IMG/VR virus record: IMGVR_UViG_3300027782_000027
Coordinates: 124,001 to 188,000 of that record
DNA length: 64,000 nucleotides
Direction: 5' to 3' (one strand)
Of the stretch, positions 40,925 to 53,700 are shown one piece after another (position 1 is the first letter of the stretch; the number at the start of each line of letters is the position of its first letter). The notes beneath the pieces were generated by a model that was given only the letters and a program-made list of their open reading frames with translations, had not been told where the DNA came from and did no database searches. Position numbers and translations under genes: made by a program.

Positions 40925-41480
40925 TCTTAATATTGTTTGTACTTCTATTGGAAGGGAAACCCTACCAAGATTGATTGAGTCATTCAAAGACCAATTAGAT
41001 ACAACTGATATTTTTACAATAATATCTGATATTAATCACGAATTTGTTTCAGAAGTATTATCAAGATATGAGTTTAAATTCAAAGTTAATCACATATTAA
41101 ATCAAGGCGAACAAAAGTGGAAATACGGACATCCATTAATTAATGAAAACATTAATTCATTAGAAGGTGATTTTATAATGTTTGCCGATGATGATGATAG
41201 ATACACTGAAGAAGCATTTAAAGTAATCAAAGAAACTATTAAAGATAAAAACAAATTATACATATTCAAACACAATTGGTTAGGTGATATTAATTGGAGA
41301 TTAAAAGATTTTACAAGAGGTAATGTAGGTAAATGTATGGGAGTGATTCCAAATACACATAATTTACCGATGTTCCAAGAAGATGTTTTTGGAGATGTTA
41401 TTTTTTATGAAGAGATAGGTAAAGTGTTTGAAAGTGAATTTGTTGATTACATAATCTATAAAGTTAGACATACGGAATGA
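40917..41480 (+). CDS. GT2-like glycosyltransferase
   Basis: TSIGRETLPRLIES, GDFIMFADDDDRY, GDVIF. Confidence 0.72.
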   Translation: MFSLNIVCTSIGRETLPRLIESFKDQLDTTDIFTIISDINHEFVSEVLSRYEFKFKVNHILNQGEQKWKYGHPLINENINSLEGDFIMFADDDDRYTEEAFKVIKETIKDKNKLYIFKHNWLGDINWRLKDFTRGNVGKCMGVIPNTHNLPMFQEDVFGDVIFYEEIGKVFESEFVDYIIYKVRHTE

Positions 41481-43147
41481 GTAATATTACATTAGTTACA
41501 GGATTGTGGAATATTGGAAGGGAAAATCTTGAAGAAGGTTGGTCTCGTTCTTTTTCACATTATTTAGAAAAATTTGAACAACTATTAAAAGTTGAAGAAA
41601 ACTTAATAATTTTTGGTGAAAAGGAATTGGAGGAATTTGTTTGGGAAAGAAGAGACCAAAGTAATACCCAATTTATTTTAAGAGATAAGAGTTGGTTTGT
41701 TGAAAATGACTTTTACAATAAAATACAAGAAATTAGAAATAATCCTGAATGGTATAATCAATCAGGGTGGTTAAAAGAATCAACACAAGGTAGATTGGAA
41801 ATATACAATCCACTTGTTATGTCAAAAATGTTTATATTAAATGATGCAAGGATTTTTGATAAGTTTAATTCAGAGTTTTTATTTTGGATTGACGCTGGAC
41901 TTACAAATACTGTTCATCCTGGATATTTTACACATGATAAGGTTTTAAATAATTTAAGTAAGTATATTGATAAGTTTACATTTGTTTGTTTTCCATACGA
42001 TGCAAGTAATGAGATACATGGATTTTCATACCCAAAGATTAATCAGTGGGCTGAAGATGATGTAAAGAAAGTTGCTCGTGGTGGGTTCTTTGGTGGGCCG
42101 AAAGAAACCATATCACAGATGAATGGTGAATACTATAACCTATTGAATGATACACTATCAAGTGGGTACATGGGAACGGAAGAGTCAATATTTTCAATAA
42201 TGGTTTATAAGTTAAGTGAATACATAAATTATTTTGAAATTGAATATAATGGTTTATTTGGGAAATTCTTTGAGGATTTAAAAGATGATGTTTTAGTTAA
42301 AAAGACAGAGTTTGTTAAAATTCAAAATGATTTAGATATAGATAAAGTTGCGTTGTATGTAATAACATTCAATTCACCAAAACAATTTGAAACATTAATT
42401 AAATCTATGATTGAATATGATAGGGATTTCTTGGACAAACCAAAGAAATTTTTATTGGATAACTCTACAGATTTATCAACAACTGAAGAATACTTAAGAC
42501 TTTGTAAAGAATATGACTTTGAACATATTAAAAAAGATAACATAGGCATTACAGGTGGAAGACAATGGACTGCTGAACACTTTGATGAAACAGGGTTGGA
42601 CTATATGTTATTCTTTGAAGATGATATGTTTTTTTATTCAAAAAAAAATGAAGTATGTAGAAATGGGTTCAACAGATATGTGAGTAATCTATATCAAAAA
42701 AGTTTAGAGATAGTTAACAAAGAAAACTTTGATTTTTTAAAATTAAATTTTTCAGAGTTTTATGGTGATAATAGTACTCAGTGGAGTTGGTATAATGTTC
42801 CACAAAATTTCAGAGAACAACATTGGCCAAAAAACCCAAGATTACCTCAACATGGTTTAGACCCGAACGCTCCAAAAACAAAATTTAACGAGATAAAAAC
42901 ACATAAGGGTTTACCATATGCTTCAGGTGAAATTTATTTGTGTAACTGGCCTATAATCCTTTCAAAAAGTGGGAGTTATAAATGTTATTTGGAGACAAAA
43001 TATCAACACCCATATGAGCAAACTTTAATGTCTCACAACTTCCAAAACACAATTAAAGGTAAGTTAAAACCAGGTATTTTATTACTCACTCCTACCGAAC
43101 ATGATAGATTTGAACATTATGATAGTAATTTAAGAAAAGAATGTTGA
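41477..43147 (+). CDS. Two-domain putative glycosyltransferase (HtrL/YibB-like plus GT-A domain)
   Basis: N-domain: TLVTGLWNIGR, SKMFIL, FWIDAGL, GGFFGG, TEESIF. C-domain: LYVITFN, LLDNS, NIGITGGR, YMLFFEDDM. Confidence 0.7.
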   Translation: MSNITLVTGLWNIGRENLEEGWSRSFSHYLEKFEQLLKVEENLIIFGEKELEEFVWERRDQSNTQFILRDKSWFVENDFYNKIQEIRNNPEWYNQSGWLKESTQGRLEIYNPLVMSKMFILNDARIFDKFNSEFLFWIDAGLTNTVHPGYFTHDKVLNNLSKYIDKFTFVCFPYDASNEIHGFSYPKINQWAEDDVKKVARGGFFGGPKETISQMNGEYYNLLNDTLSSGYMGTEESIFSIMVYKLSEYINYFEIEYNGLFGKFFEDLKDDVLVKKTEFVKIQNDLDIDKVALYVITFNSPKQFETLIKSMIEYDRDFLDKPKKFLLDNSTDLSTTEEYLRLCKEYDFEHIKKDNIGITGGRQWTAEHFDETGLDYMLFFEDDMFFYSKKNEVCRNGFNRYVSNLYQKSLEIVNKENFDFLKLNFSEFYGDNSTQWSWYNVPQNFREQHWPKNPRLPQHGLDPNAPKTKFNEIKTHKGLPYASGEIYLCNWPIILSKSGSYKCYLETKYQHPYEQTLMSHNFQNTIKGKLKPGILLLTPTEHDRFEHYDSNLRKEC

Positions 43148-43176
43148 TTTTTTGATATTTATTTAAAAAACTATTA

Positions 43177-43545
43177 ATGGAATTTTTTATTAACAAAGGT
43201 GCAACACTGCCTGTTCTTAAAATGCAAGTGGTTAAAGATGGTATTGCTGACATAACAGAGTTTATGTCACTGATAGAAACCTCGTTGATTTATTTTTCCA
43301 TGATAGATGTTAAAACGGGAGGTTACAAGATTCTGAATAAGAAAGGAGGGTTTGTTGAAAAGACATTTATTGACCCAAACGCTGAGACAGAATACTATGT
43401 TTATTATAAATTCACTTCAAGCGATACAAGTAGAGAGGGACTTTATGAAGGAGAGTTTGTTTTTATCACTGATACAGGAACTTATATTTTACCAATCAGA
43501 GAAAAACTTACGATAAAAATTGGTAATAGTTACGTATCTATTTAA
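43177..43545 (+). CDS. Small Ig-like (BppU N-terminal-like) virion protein
   Basis: FFINKGATLPVL...YYKFTSSDTSREGLYEGEF...ILP. Paralogous to the N-domain of the next gene. Confidence 0.6.
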   Translation: MEFFINKGATLPVLKMQVVKDGIADITEFMSLIETSLIYFSMIDVKTGGYKILNKKGGFVEKTFIDPNAETEYYVYYKFTSSDTSREGLYEGEFVFITDTGTYILPIREKLTIKIGNSYVSI

Positions 43546-43546
43546 T

Positions 43547-44755
43547 ATGGAATGGTTTATTAAGAAAAATTCAACGTTACCAGTTTTCCAAGTTGAGATA
43601 TCAAAAGACGGAAGAAGTGATTTTGGTTTAGATGAAAATATTTCGGGTAATACAATTTTAATTTCGGTATATGACGAAATTAATAAGAAATATGTTGTAG
43701 CGTCTAAAGAATGTTATATTACAACAAGTGCGTCTACTGTTAATCCTTTAGATATTACTTATTATGTAAACTATCAATTCACAAGTAGAGAAACAAAAAA
43801 TGAAGGTAAGTTTTTAGTTCAGTTTTTAAAACAATCATCTCAGGGTATTGTTATTATACCATTACCTCAAAAAATTTATGTAAGTGTTCTTAGTAGTTTT
43901 AGTTTAAACTCTTACTCTTATCCAACTAATAATCCTTACATTATTGATAGACCTTGTTGTAACGCACCTGCTCTACCTGCAACACCTACTCCGACTCCAA
44001 GTATTACTCCAAGTGTTACACCAACAATGTCTTTAACACCTACGAGAACCCCAACTCTCACCCCAACAACGACAACAACCCCAACATTTACTCCGACACC
44101 ATCTATAACAAAACCTTTGTACTACGCTTATGTATTCGCAGAACCACAAGATTCTTCGGCAAGTGGTTCGTTGTATGGATTAGGAAGTTATATGTATTAC
44201 TTGGCGGATGGTGTTACAGTTGATACTAATGTTAATTGGTACGGATGGGGTAATTCGGGAGCTCTTCCATTACCGACAAGTCCAAACTACAGTTATATGA
44301 TGAACAAATACTCATCATACTCAGGATTTACGGGTGGAACAGGAAACTTTGTTAAACCTACAGACTTAAAAGGTGTGTTAAACCAATTCTCAAATACTAT
44401 TAACGATAGTTTCGGATGTTTAATTAACCAATACACATTTGAGACAATTGAGGTTAATAATAGTGATATTAACACTAGCTTACAGTACATGTATACGATT
44501 TGGATACCACTTGCTGGTGTGGGGGGAAGTTTAAATAACATGACAGTAAATGTTGGTTATCAATCACAACCTTGTGACTTTGATATTTTAGCAACTCCTG
44601 ACCCTAAAATTTCGGTTGGGAATATTACAATAACTTCAGGTGGAGCGATACCTGCGGGGACTTATAGAGTATTATACTTGTCTAACGATGGATTGTTACC
44701 TCCAAAACTTCCTGATAAAAATAATTATTATTTCAAAGGGGTGTATAAAACCTAA
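43547..44755 (+). CDS. Adaptor-like protein: BppU-like domain, Pro/Thr linker, C-domain shared with 34971..35975
   Basis: The start is reassigned from 43520 to the ATG at 43547 because MEWFIKKNSTLPV aligns with MEFFINKGATLPV of the upstream paralog. Confidence 0.7.
   Translation: MEWFIKKNSTLPVFQVEISKDGRSDFGLDENISGNTILISVYDEINKKYVVASKECYITTSASTVNPLDITYYVNYQFTSRETKNEGKFLVQFLKQSSQGIVIIPLPQKIYVSVLSSFSLNSYSYPTNNPYIIDRPCCNAPALPATPTPTPSITPSVTPTMSLTPTRTPTLTPTTTTTPTFTPTPSITKPLYYAYVFAEPQDSSASGSLYGLGSYMYYLADGVTVDTNVNWYGWGNSGALPLPTSPNYSYMMNKYSSYSGFTGGTGNFVKPTDLKGVLNQFSNTINDSFGCLINQYTFETIEVNNSDINTSLQYMYTIWIPLAGVGGSLNNMTVNVGYQSQPCDFDILATPDPKISVGNITITSGGAIPAGTYRVLYLSNDGLLPPKLPDKNNYYFKGVYKT
43982..44110 (+). 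repeat. Pro/Thr/Ser low-complexity coding repeat
   Basis: [43 protein letters not shown]. Confidence 0.9.
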
Positions 44756-44784
44756 AAAAAAGATAATTATTAGTAAGTAAAAAA

Positions 44785-47700
44785 ATGGCAATACCGTATC
44801 AAAATCCAATAAGTGCGTCCCAAATTACAGGACCTTTCAGTGTAGCGAGAACAAGCCCATACGGAACCAATTTTAATGTTTTAAATGTTGGTGGATGGCA
44901 AGAGGCGGCATACCTTACTAATTTAGGTTTAATATTTAGTGGGCAAGGACAACAACAATTAAGTGTTAATAATATACCTATTAATATTAACATTGGTAAC
45001 GGTACATTTTCTCCAACATATTTAACTTTAAATTCTGACAATTTCTCTTCGGGTAGAAGAAGATTGGGTATGATTGTTTGGGTTAATGAAACTGAAACAG
45101 CATATCAATATCAAATAGACAATTACAATGATTTATGGGATGCGGCGGTAAGTGCTAATTCTGTAACTCAATTATCTTACGAAACTATTGTAAAGAACAA
45201 TACACCTGAAGGTCAGGCATTTATTAATGCTTGGACAGGTTCAACTATTGAAGGTGTTAGTGGCGTAACAAGAGCAAATGCTCGTTGGAGAGTTTTTGCA
45301 CAAGGTACTGAATTAACGGGTGGTACTTATTTTTCAGGTACAAGTACATTAGAATTATATAATAGTGATGGAACTGTTATTTCTGTAACAGGTATTACGG
45401 CATCTGGTTCTAATGGTAGTTCTGGAACATCAGGTTCAAGTGGTTCATCAGGTAGTTCAGGTTCAAGTGGGTCTTCGGGAACTTCAGGTAGTAATGGTTC
45501 GTCAGGTAGTAGTGGAACAAGCGGAACAAGTGGAACATCGGGTAGTACAGGAACTAGTGGTTCATCAGGAAGTGTAGGTACAAGTGGTAGTTCGGGATTA
45601 AGTGGTGTTGACGGTACAAATGGTACTAGTGGTTCATCTGGAAGTGTAGGTACATCAGGAACTTCAGGGTCATCAGGAAGTTCAGGTACAGGTGGAACAT
45701 CAGGAACTTCAGGTACATCAGGAAGTACTGGAACTTCAGGTTCAAGTGGTAGTGTTGGGACTAGTGGTACATCAGGTTCAAGTGGTTCTTCAGGAAGTGT
45801 TGGTACGTCTGGTTCATCTGGAAGTGCAGGTACATCAGGAACTTCAGGGTCATCAGGAAGTTCAGGTACAAGCGGAACATCAGGAACTGGAGGAACTTCA
45901 GGTTCAAGTGGTAGTGTTGGGACTAGTGGTACATCAGGAACAAGTGGTTCTTCAGGTACATCAGGTAGTTCAGGTTCAAGTGGTTCATCGGGAAGTTCAG
46001 GTTCAAGTGGTTCATCGGGTACATCAGGTAGTACTGGTACTAGTGGTAGTAGTGGAACAAGCGGAACGTCGGGTTCATCAGGTTCTGCGGGAAGTAGTGG
46101 TTCATCAGGTAGTGTTGGAACATCTGGTTCAAGTGGTAGTTCAGGTAGTTCTGGTTCATCAGGTACATCTGGCTCAAGTGGTAGCTCTGGTTCAACAGGT
46201 TCGTCAGGTAGTAGTGGTATAACTGGGTCTTCAGGTACGAGTGGTAGTTCTGGCACATCAGGTTCATCTGGTAGTTCAGGTTCTTCAGGTTCATCTGGTA
46301 GTTCAGGTTCTTCAGGTAGTACTGGTTCATCAGGAACTAGCGGAACATCAGGAACATCAGGTACAAGTGGTAGTTCAGGTTCTACAGGAACATCGGGTTC
46401 TACAGGAACATCGGGTTCTACAGGAACATCGGGTTCATCAGGTAGTAGTGGCTCAAGTGGAAGTTCAGGATTGACAGGTTCATCAGGAACATCGGGTTCA
46501 TCAGGGACATCGGGTTCATCAGGTAGTTCTGGTTCAAGTGGTAGTAGCGGAAGTACAGGGTCTTCGGGCACAAGTGGTAGTTCTGGTACATCAGGTTCAT
46601 CAGGAAGTTCAGGTTCATCAGGTTCTAGCGGTAGTGTTGGAACTTCGGGAACAAGTGGTTCAAGTGGAAGTTCAGGTTCTTCAGGAAGTGTAGGAACATC
46701 AGGTACAAGTGGTAGTTCAGGTTCGTCTGGCTCAAGTGGAAATACAGGTTCAAGTGGAACGAGTGGTTCATCAGGTACATCTGGCTCAAGTGGTAGTTCA
46801 GGTTCGTCTGGCTCAAGTGGTTCAAGTGGAAGTTCAGGTTCTTCAGGAAGTGTAGGAACATCAGGTACAAGTGGTAGTTCAGGTTCTTCAGGTAGTTCAG
46901 GTGTTAATGGTTCTTCAGGGACTAGTGGTAGTTCGGGAACATCTGGTTCTTCAGGAAGTTCGGGTTCATCAGGTTCTAGTGGTAGTTCAGGAACATCTGG
47001 CTCAAGCGGGTCTTCTGGTTCAAGTGGAAGTACTGGTTCTTCAGGAAGTGCAGGTACATCGGGTAGTGTAGGAACTAGCGGTAGTTCTGGTTCATCTGGT
47101 TCTTCAGGTAGTACTGGCTCAAGTGGTACTTCAGGTTCATCAGGTAGTGTAGGTACTAGTGGTTCATCAGGTAGTGTAGGTACTAGTGGTTCATCAGGTA
47201 GCACTGGTTCAAGTGGTAGTAGCGGAAGTACAGGGTCTTCTGGTACAAGTGGGAGCTCAGGAACATCTGGTACTAGCGGTAGTTCTGGGTCATCTGGTTC
47301 AGTTGGTACAAGCGGTTCATCAGGTAGTGTTGGAACATCTGGTTCATCAGGTTCTGTTGGTACTTCAGGAACATCGGGTTCATCAGGTAGTACTGGTTCA
47401 AGTGGAAGTTCAGGAAGTAGTGGTAGTGTAGGAACAAGTGGTTCTTCAGGGACATCTGGCTCAACAGGTACTTCAGGAACATCAGGTTCAAGTGGGTCTT
47501 CAGGTAGTTCGGGTTCATCAGGAAGTTCAGGTACAAGCGGAACATCAGGTTCAGTAGGAACAAGTGGTTCATCGGGAAGTTCAGGGTCAACAGGAACTTC
47601 AGGTTCAAGTGGGTCTTCAGGTAGTTCAGGAAGTAGCGGAACATCTGGTTCTAGTGGAAGTGTTGGAACTTCTGGCACATCAGGAACAAGTGGTTCATCG

Positions 47701-50700
47701 GGAAGTTCTGGTTCTGCCGGTACAAGTGGAAGTGTAGGAACAAGTGGTACTTCAGGTTCATCTGGCTCAAGTGGAAGTTCAGGTTCAACAGGTAGTTCAG
47801 GTACTAGCGGAACATCTGGAACAAGTGGTTCATCAGGTTCTAGCGGTAGCGCTGGAAGCTCAGGAACGTCAGGTTCTAGCGGTAGCACAGGTTCAAGTGG
47901 TTCTACTGGCACGTCAGGTTCTTCAGGAACAAGTGGTTCTGTAGGTACAAGCGGAACATCTGGTTCCTCAGGAAGTGTAGGTACTTCAGGTACTAGTGGA
48001 AGCTCAGGAAGTGTAGGAACATCTGGTTCAAGTGGTACTACTGGTACCTCAGGAACATCAGGTAGTTCAGGTTCATCTGGTAGTGTTGGTACATCAGGAA
48101 CTTCGGGTACTAGCGGAACATCAGGTTCTAGCGGTTCGTCAGGAAATAGTGGAAGTTCAGGTACAAGTGGAACATCGGGTTCAACTGGGTCTTCAGGCTC
48201 AAGTGGTAGTTCGGGAAGTGTTGGTACATCAGGAAGTAGTGGTTCTTCAGGTTCTAGTGGTAGTACTGGAAGCTCAGGAAGTACAGGTACATCGGGTTCA
48301 AGTGGAACTTCAGGTTCTTCAGGTACTAGCGGAACATCGGGAACTAGTGGAAGTTCAGGAAGTGTAGGTACTTCAGGTACATCAGGAAGTTCTGGTTCAG
48401 TAGGAACATCGGGTACTAGTGGTAGTTCTGGTTCAGTAGGAACATCGGGAACTAGTGGTAGTTCTGGTTCGTCTGGTTCAGTTGGTACTAGCGGTTCTTC
48501 AGGAAGTGTTGGAACTAGTGGAACATCAGGTAGTTCAGGTTCAAGTGGTTCTAGCGGAGTATCAGGTTCATCGGGTTCTAGTGGTATTAGTGGAAGTTCA
48601 GGTACTTCAGGTACTAGTGGAACTTCAGGTTCAAGTGGTTCTACTGGTACGTCAGGTTCTAGCGGAAGTGCTGGAAGCTCAGGAAATAGTGGGACATCAG
48701 GTTCTTCAGGTAGTGTTGGAACATCTGGTACTAGCGGTTCGTCAGGTAGTGTAGGGACTAGCGGAACATCTGGTTCAAGTGGTAGTTCAGGAAATAGTGG
48801 AACATCAGGAACTAGTGGCTCATCGGGTAGTGTAGGAACATCAGGAACAAGTGGTACGTCAGGTAGTTCTGGTTCAAGTGGTAGTTCAGGAAGTGTAGGT
48901 ACTTCAGGTACTAGTGGTAGTTCAGGAAGTGTAGGAACATCTGGTTCAAGTGGCTCTACTGGTACGTCAGGTTCTAGCGGAAGTGCTGGAAGCTCAGGAA
49001 ATAGTGGAACATCTGGAACAAGTGGCAGTTCAGGTTCTTCTGGTTCAAGTGGTAGTACTGGTACGTCAGGTAGTTCGGGAAGTACAGGAACATCTGGCTC
49101 TTCAGGAAGTGTTGGTACATCAGGAACTAGTGGAACTAGTGGAACTTCAGGTAGTTCTGGTTCAGTAGGAACTTCAGGTACTAGTGGTAGCGTAGGAACA
49201 TCGGGTACATCAGGTAGTTCTGGTTCATCGGGAAGCAGTGGTTCTTCAGGTTCTAGCGGTAGTGCTGGAAGTTCAGGAACTAGTGGGTCTACAGGTTCAA
49301 GTGGAAGTAGTGGTTCTTCAGGAAGTGTTGGAACAAGTGGTTCTAGCGGAAGTACTGGTACATCAGGTAGTTCAGGAAGTGTTGGTACAAGTGGTTCTTC
49401 AGGAAGTACTGGAACATCAGGAACAAGTGGTAGTTCAGGTTCTGTGGGTACATCAGGTACTAGCGGTACGAGCGGAAGTTCTGGTTCAAGTGGAACTTCT
49501 GGTTCTTCGGGAAGTACTGGTACATCTGGTTCATCGGGTAGTGTAGGTACTTCAGGAACAAGTGGTTCATCTGGAAGTACGGGTACATCAGGTAGTGCTG
49601 GTTCTTCTGGCTCAAGTGGTAGTTCAGGTTCTTCAGGAAGTTCTGGAAGCGTTGGTACATCTGGAACTAGTGGTTCTTCAGGAAGTACAGGCACAAGTGG
49701 TACATCAGGTAGTTCAGGGTCAAGTGGAACTGGAGGTTCGTCAGGTTCAAGTGGAAGCACCGGAACCTCAGGAACATCAGGAAGTGTTGGAACATCAGGA
49801 ACGTCTGGTTCTTCAGGAAGTGTTGGTACGAGTGGAACATCGGGTTCATCAGGTAGTGTTGGAACATCTGGTTCTTCAGGTTCATCAGGAACAAGTGGAA
49901 CATCAGGTAGTTCTGGCTCTGTAGGTACTAGTGGTACATCAGGGTCTTCAGGAAGTGTGGGAACAAGTGGGACTAGCGGTACATCAGGAACTTCTGGTTC
50001 ATCAGGAAGTGTGGGAACTAGCGGTAGTTCGGGTAGTGTAGGTACTTCAGGAACTAGCGGTACATCAGGTTCTAGTGGAAGCGTTGGTACATCAGGTACG
50101 AGCGGTTCTTCAGGAAGTTATGGTTCAAGTGGTAGTTCAGGAAGCACAGGTACAAGTGGAACATCTGGTTCTTCAGGTACGACAGGTAGTTCGGGGAGTA
50201 GTGGTAGTTCAGGTTCTTCGGGTAGTGTTGGTACTTCAGGAAGTAGTGGTTCAAGTGGAACATCAGGGTATAGCGGAAGTAGTGGTAGTTCTGGCTCATC
50301 AGGAAGTGCTGGTACTTCAGGGGTTAACGGAAGTTCTGGAACATCAGGAAGTAGTGGTTCATCTGGGTCTTCAGGTTCTAGCGGTTCATCAGGAACGTCT
50401 GGCTCAAGCGGAAGTACTGGTTCATCTGGTTCATCTGGTTCATCTGGAAGTACGGGAACATCAGGGTCTAGCGGTTCAACAGGTACAAGTGGTACATCGG
50501 GTAGTGTAGGTACATCAGGTTCATCGGGAAGTTCTGGCTCATCAGGTTCTAGTGGAAGTGTTGGTACTTCTGGAACAAGTGGTTCTTCGGGAAGTACTGG
50601 TTCATCAGGTAGTTCAGGAACATCAGGAAGTACAGGTACATCAGGAACAAGTGGTAGTTCAGGTTCTGTGGGTACATCAGGTACCAGCGGTACGAGTGGA

Positions 50701-53700
50701 AGTTCTGGTTCTTCGGGAAGTAGTGGAACATCAGGAAGTTCTGGAAGCGTTGGTACATCAGGTACGAGCGGTTCTTCAGGAAGTTCTGGTTCATCAGGGA
50801 TATCTGGTTCAAGTGGTAGTTCAGGAAGCACAGGTACAAGTGGAACATCAGGTTCTTCAGGTAGTGTAGGAACTTCTGGTTCTTCAGGTAGTTCTGGTTC
50901 AGTAGGAACTTCAGGTACTAGTGGTACATCAGGAACATCGGGTTCATCGGGTAGCTCTGGCTCAACAGGCTCGTCAGGTAGTAGTGGAACTTCTGGTTCA
51001 TCAGGTTCAAGTGGTAGTGCTGGCTCATCTGGTAGTTCTGGAAGTACAGGAACATCAGGCACTAGCGGTAGTACTGGTTCAAGTGGTAGTAGTGGTACAT
51101 CAGGAAGTTCAGGTTCTTCGGGTTCTGTAGGTACATCAGGGACTGCGGGTACATCAGGAAGTACAGGTTCTAGTGGTAGTAGTGGTTCATCAGGTAGTGT
51201 GGGTACTTCAGGAACTAGTGGTTCGTCAGGTTCTAGCGGAAGCGCTGGAAGCTCAGGGACATCAGGTTCTTCAGGTACAAGTGGTACTTCGGGTTCTAGT
51301 GGTAGTACTGGAAGTTCAGGAACATCTGGCTCGTCAGGAAGTGTTGGTACATCAGGTTCTTCAGGAAGTACTGGAACTAGTGGCTCAAGTGGTAGTTCAG
51401 GAACCTCAGGTTCTTCTGGCTCAACAGGTTCAAGTGGTTCTTCAGGAAGTGCTGGTTCTAGTGGTAGTACAGGTTCATCAGGAACATCAGGGTCAAGTGG
51501 TTCGGTAGGTACTTCGGGGACTAGTGGAAGTTCAGGTAGTGTAGGAACATCTGGTTCAAGTGGGTCTTCAGGCTCTAGCGGAAGTGTTGGAACATCAGGT
51601 TCTAGCGGTTCTTCAGGAAGTTCTGGGTCATCAGGGTCTAGTGGAAGTGTTGGTACATCAGGTTCTTCGGGAAGTACTGGTACGTCAGGTTCAAGTGGTT
51701 CTACAGGAAGCTCTGGCTCAAGTGGTTCTACAGGAACTAGTGGAACTTCAGGTTCTTCAGGTAGTACAGGAACATCTGGTACGTCAGGTTCAAGCGGTAG
51801 TGTAGGTACATCAGGAACTAGTGGTAGTTCTGGTTCAGTTGGTACAAGTGGTACATCTGGCTCAAGTGGTAGTGTTGGTACATCTGGAACTTCGGGGTCA
51901 TCTGGAAGTGTTGGTACAAGCGGTTCTTCAGGAACTAGTGGGTCAAGTGGAAGTAGTGGTTCATCAGGTTCTACAGGAACTTCTGGTTCATCAGGAACAA
52001 GTGGTTCTTCAGGTAGTACAGGAACATCAGGTAGTGCTGGTTCTTCTGGCTCAAGTGGTAGTTCAGGTTCAAGTGGAAGTACTGGAACATCAGGTTCCTC
52101 AGGTTCAAGTGGTAGTACAGGTTCTTCAGGAAGTTCTGGAACGAGTGGTAGTTCAGGAACTAGTGGGTCTTCTGGTAATTCTGGTTCTTCAGGAACTAGC
52201 GGAACATCTGGAACAAGTGGTTCATCAGGTTCTAGCGGTAGCGCTGGAAGCTCAGGAACGTCAGGTTCTGTAGGTACGAGCGGAACATCAGGTTCTAGCG
52301 GTAGTACTGGTTCAAGTGGTTCGTCAGGTACTAGCGGAACTTCAGGTTCAAGTGGTTCATCTGGAAGTTCAGGGTCATCAGGAACATCTGGTTCTTCAGG
52401 TAGTACAGGTTCAAGTGGAACTAGTGGTTCTTCAGGAACATCTGGTACTAGCGGTAGTTCAGGAAGTTCTGGTTCATCGGGTAGTACAGGTACTTCAGGA
52501 AGCTCAGGCTCAAGCGGAACAAGTGGTTCTTCAGGGTCTAGCGGTTCATCGGGTTCTAGTGGAAGTTCAGGGTCATCTGGTAGTACAGGTTCAAGAGGGA
52601 CTAGCGGAACATCTGGAACAAGTGGTAGTTCAGGAACATCTGGTTCAAACGGTACATCAGGAAGTTCTGGTTCATCGGGTAGTAGTGGGAGTTCAGGTTC
52701 TGGTGGTACTTCAGGTTCATCAGGATTAAGTGGGGTTGATGGTACAAACGGTACTAGTGGTAGTTCAGGGACTAGTGGAACATCTGGTTCAAGTGGTTCA
52801 AGTGGTTCTTCAGGGTCTAGTGGTAGTGTAGGAACAAGCGGAACTTCTGGTTCTTCAGGAAGTAGTGGAAGTGCTGGGTCATCTGGTTCAAGTGGTTCGT
52901 CGGGTACATCAGGTGCTAATGGAAGCTCTGGTAGTTCAGGTTCAAGTGGTAGTTCAGGGACAAGTGGTTCGTCAGGTTCTAGCGGAAGTGCTGGAAGCTC
53001 AGGAAGTTCTGGTTCTGTTGGGACATCAGGTTCGTCAGGTACTTCAGGTTCAAGCGGTTCTTCAGGTAGTAGTGGCTCAAGTGGTAGTTCAGGAAGTTCT
53101 GGTTCTGCGGGTACTTCAGGTTCAAGTGGAAGTGCTGGAACTAGTGGTTCATCTGGTAGTTCAGGGTCTGCTGGTAGTTCAGGGTCAAGTGGAGTAACTG
53201 GTTCTTCAGGTACTAGCGGGTCTTCAGGAAGTTCTGGTAGTTCAGGTTCTAGTGGAAGTGTTGGAACTAGCGGTTCATCAGGTACAAGTGGTTCATCCGG
53301 CTCAAGTGGAAGTTCTGGTTCATCAGGAAGTTCTGGTTCAACAGGTTCATCAGGAAGTTCTGGTTCAACAGGTTCATCAGGAACAAGTGGTACGTCAGGT
53401 AGTAGCGGTTCTAGTGGTAGTACAGGGACTAGTGGTTCGTCAGGAAGTTCTGGCTCAGCTGGTACAAGCGGAAGTTCAGGTTCTACAGGTAGTAGTGGGT
53501 CTAGCGGAAGTGCGGGTTCTTCAGGAAGTGTAGGGACTAGTGGAACATCTGGTTCTAGTGGTAGTTCTGGTTCTAGTGGAAGTACGGGTAGTTCAGGTAC
53601 TAGCGGTAGTAGTGGTTCATCAGGAAGTTCTGGTTCCACAGGTTCTTCGGGAAGTAGTGGAACATCAGGTTCTGTAGGTTCATCAGGTACTAGTGGTTCT

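Noticed and set aside
43520-43546. ORF-track start at 43520
   Set aside because: It overlaps the upstream gene. Paralog alignment places the start at ATG 43547.
4117-44541. Short antisense or nested ORFs (60-110 aa) inside long genes
   Set aside because: All lie within well-supported + strand genes and show no motifs or independent signals.
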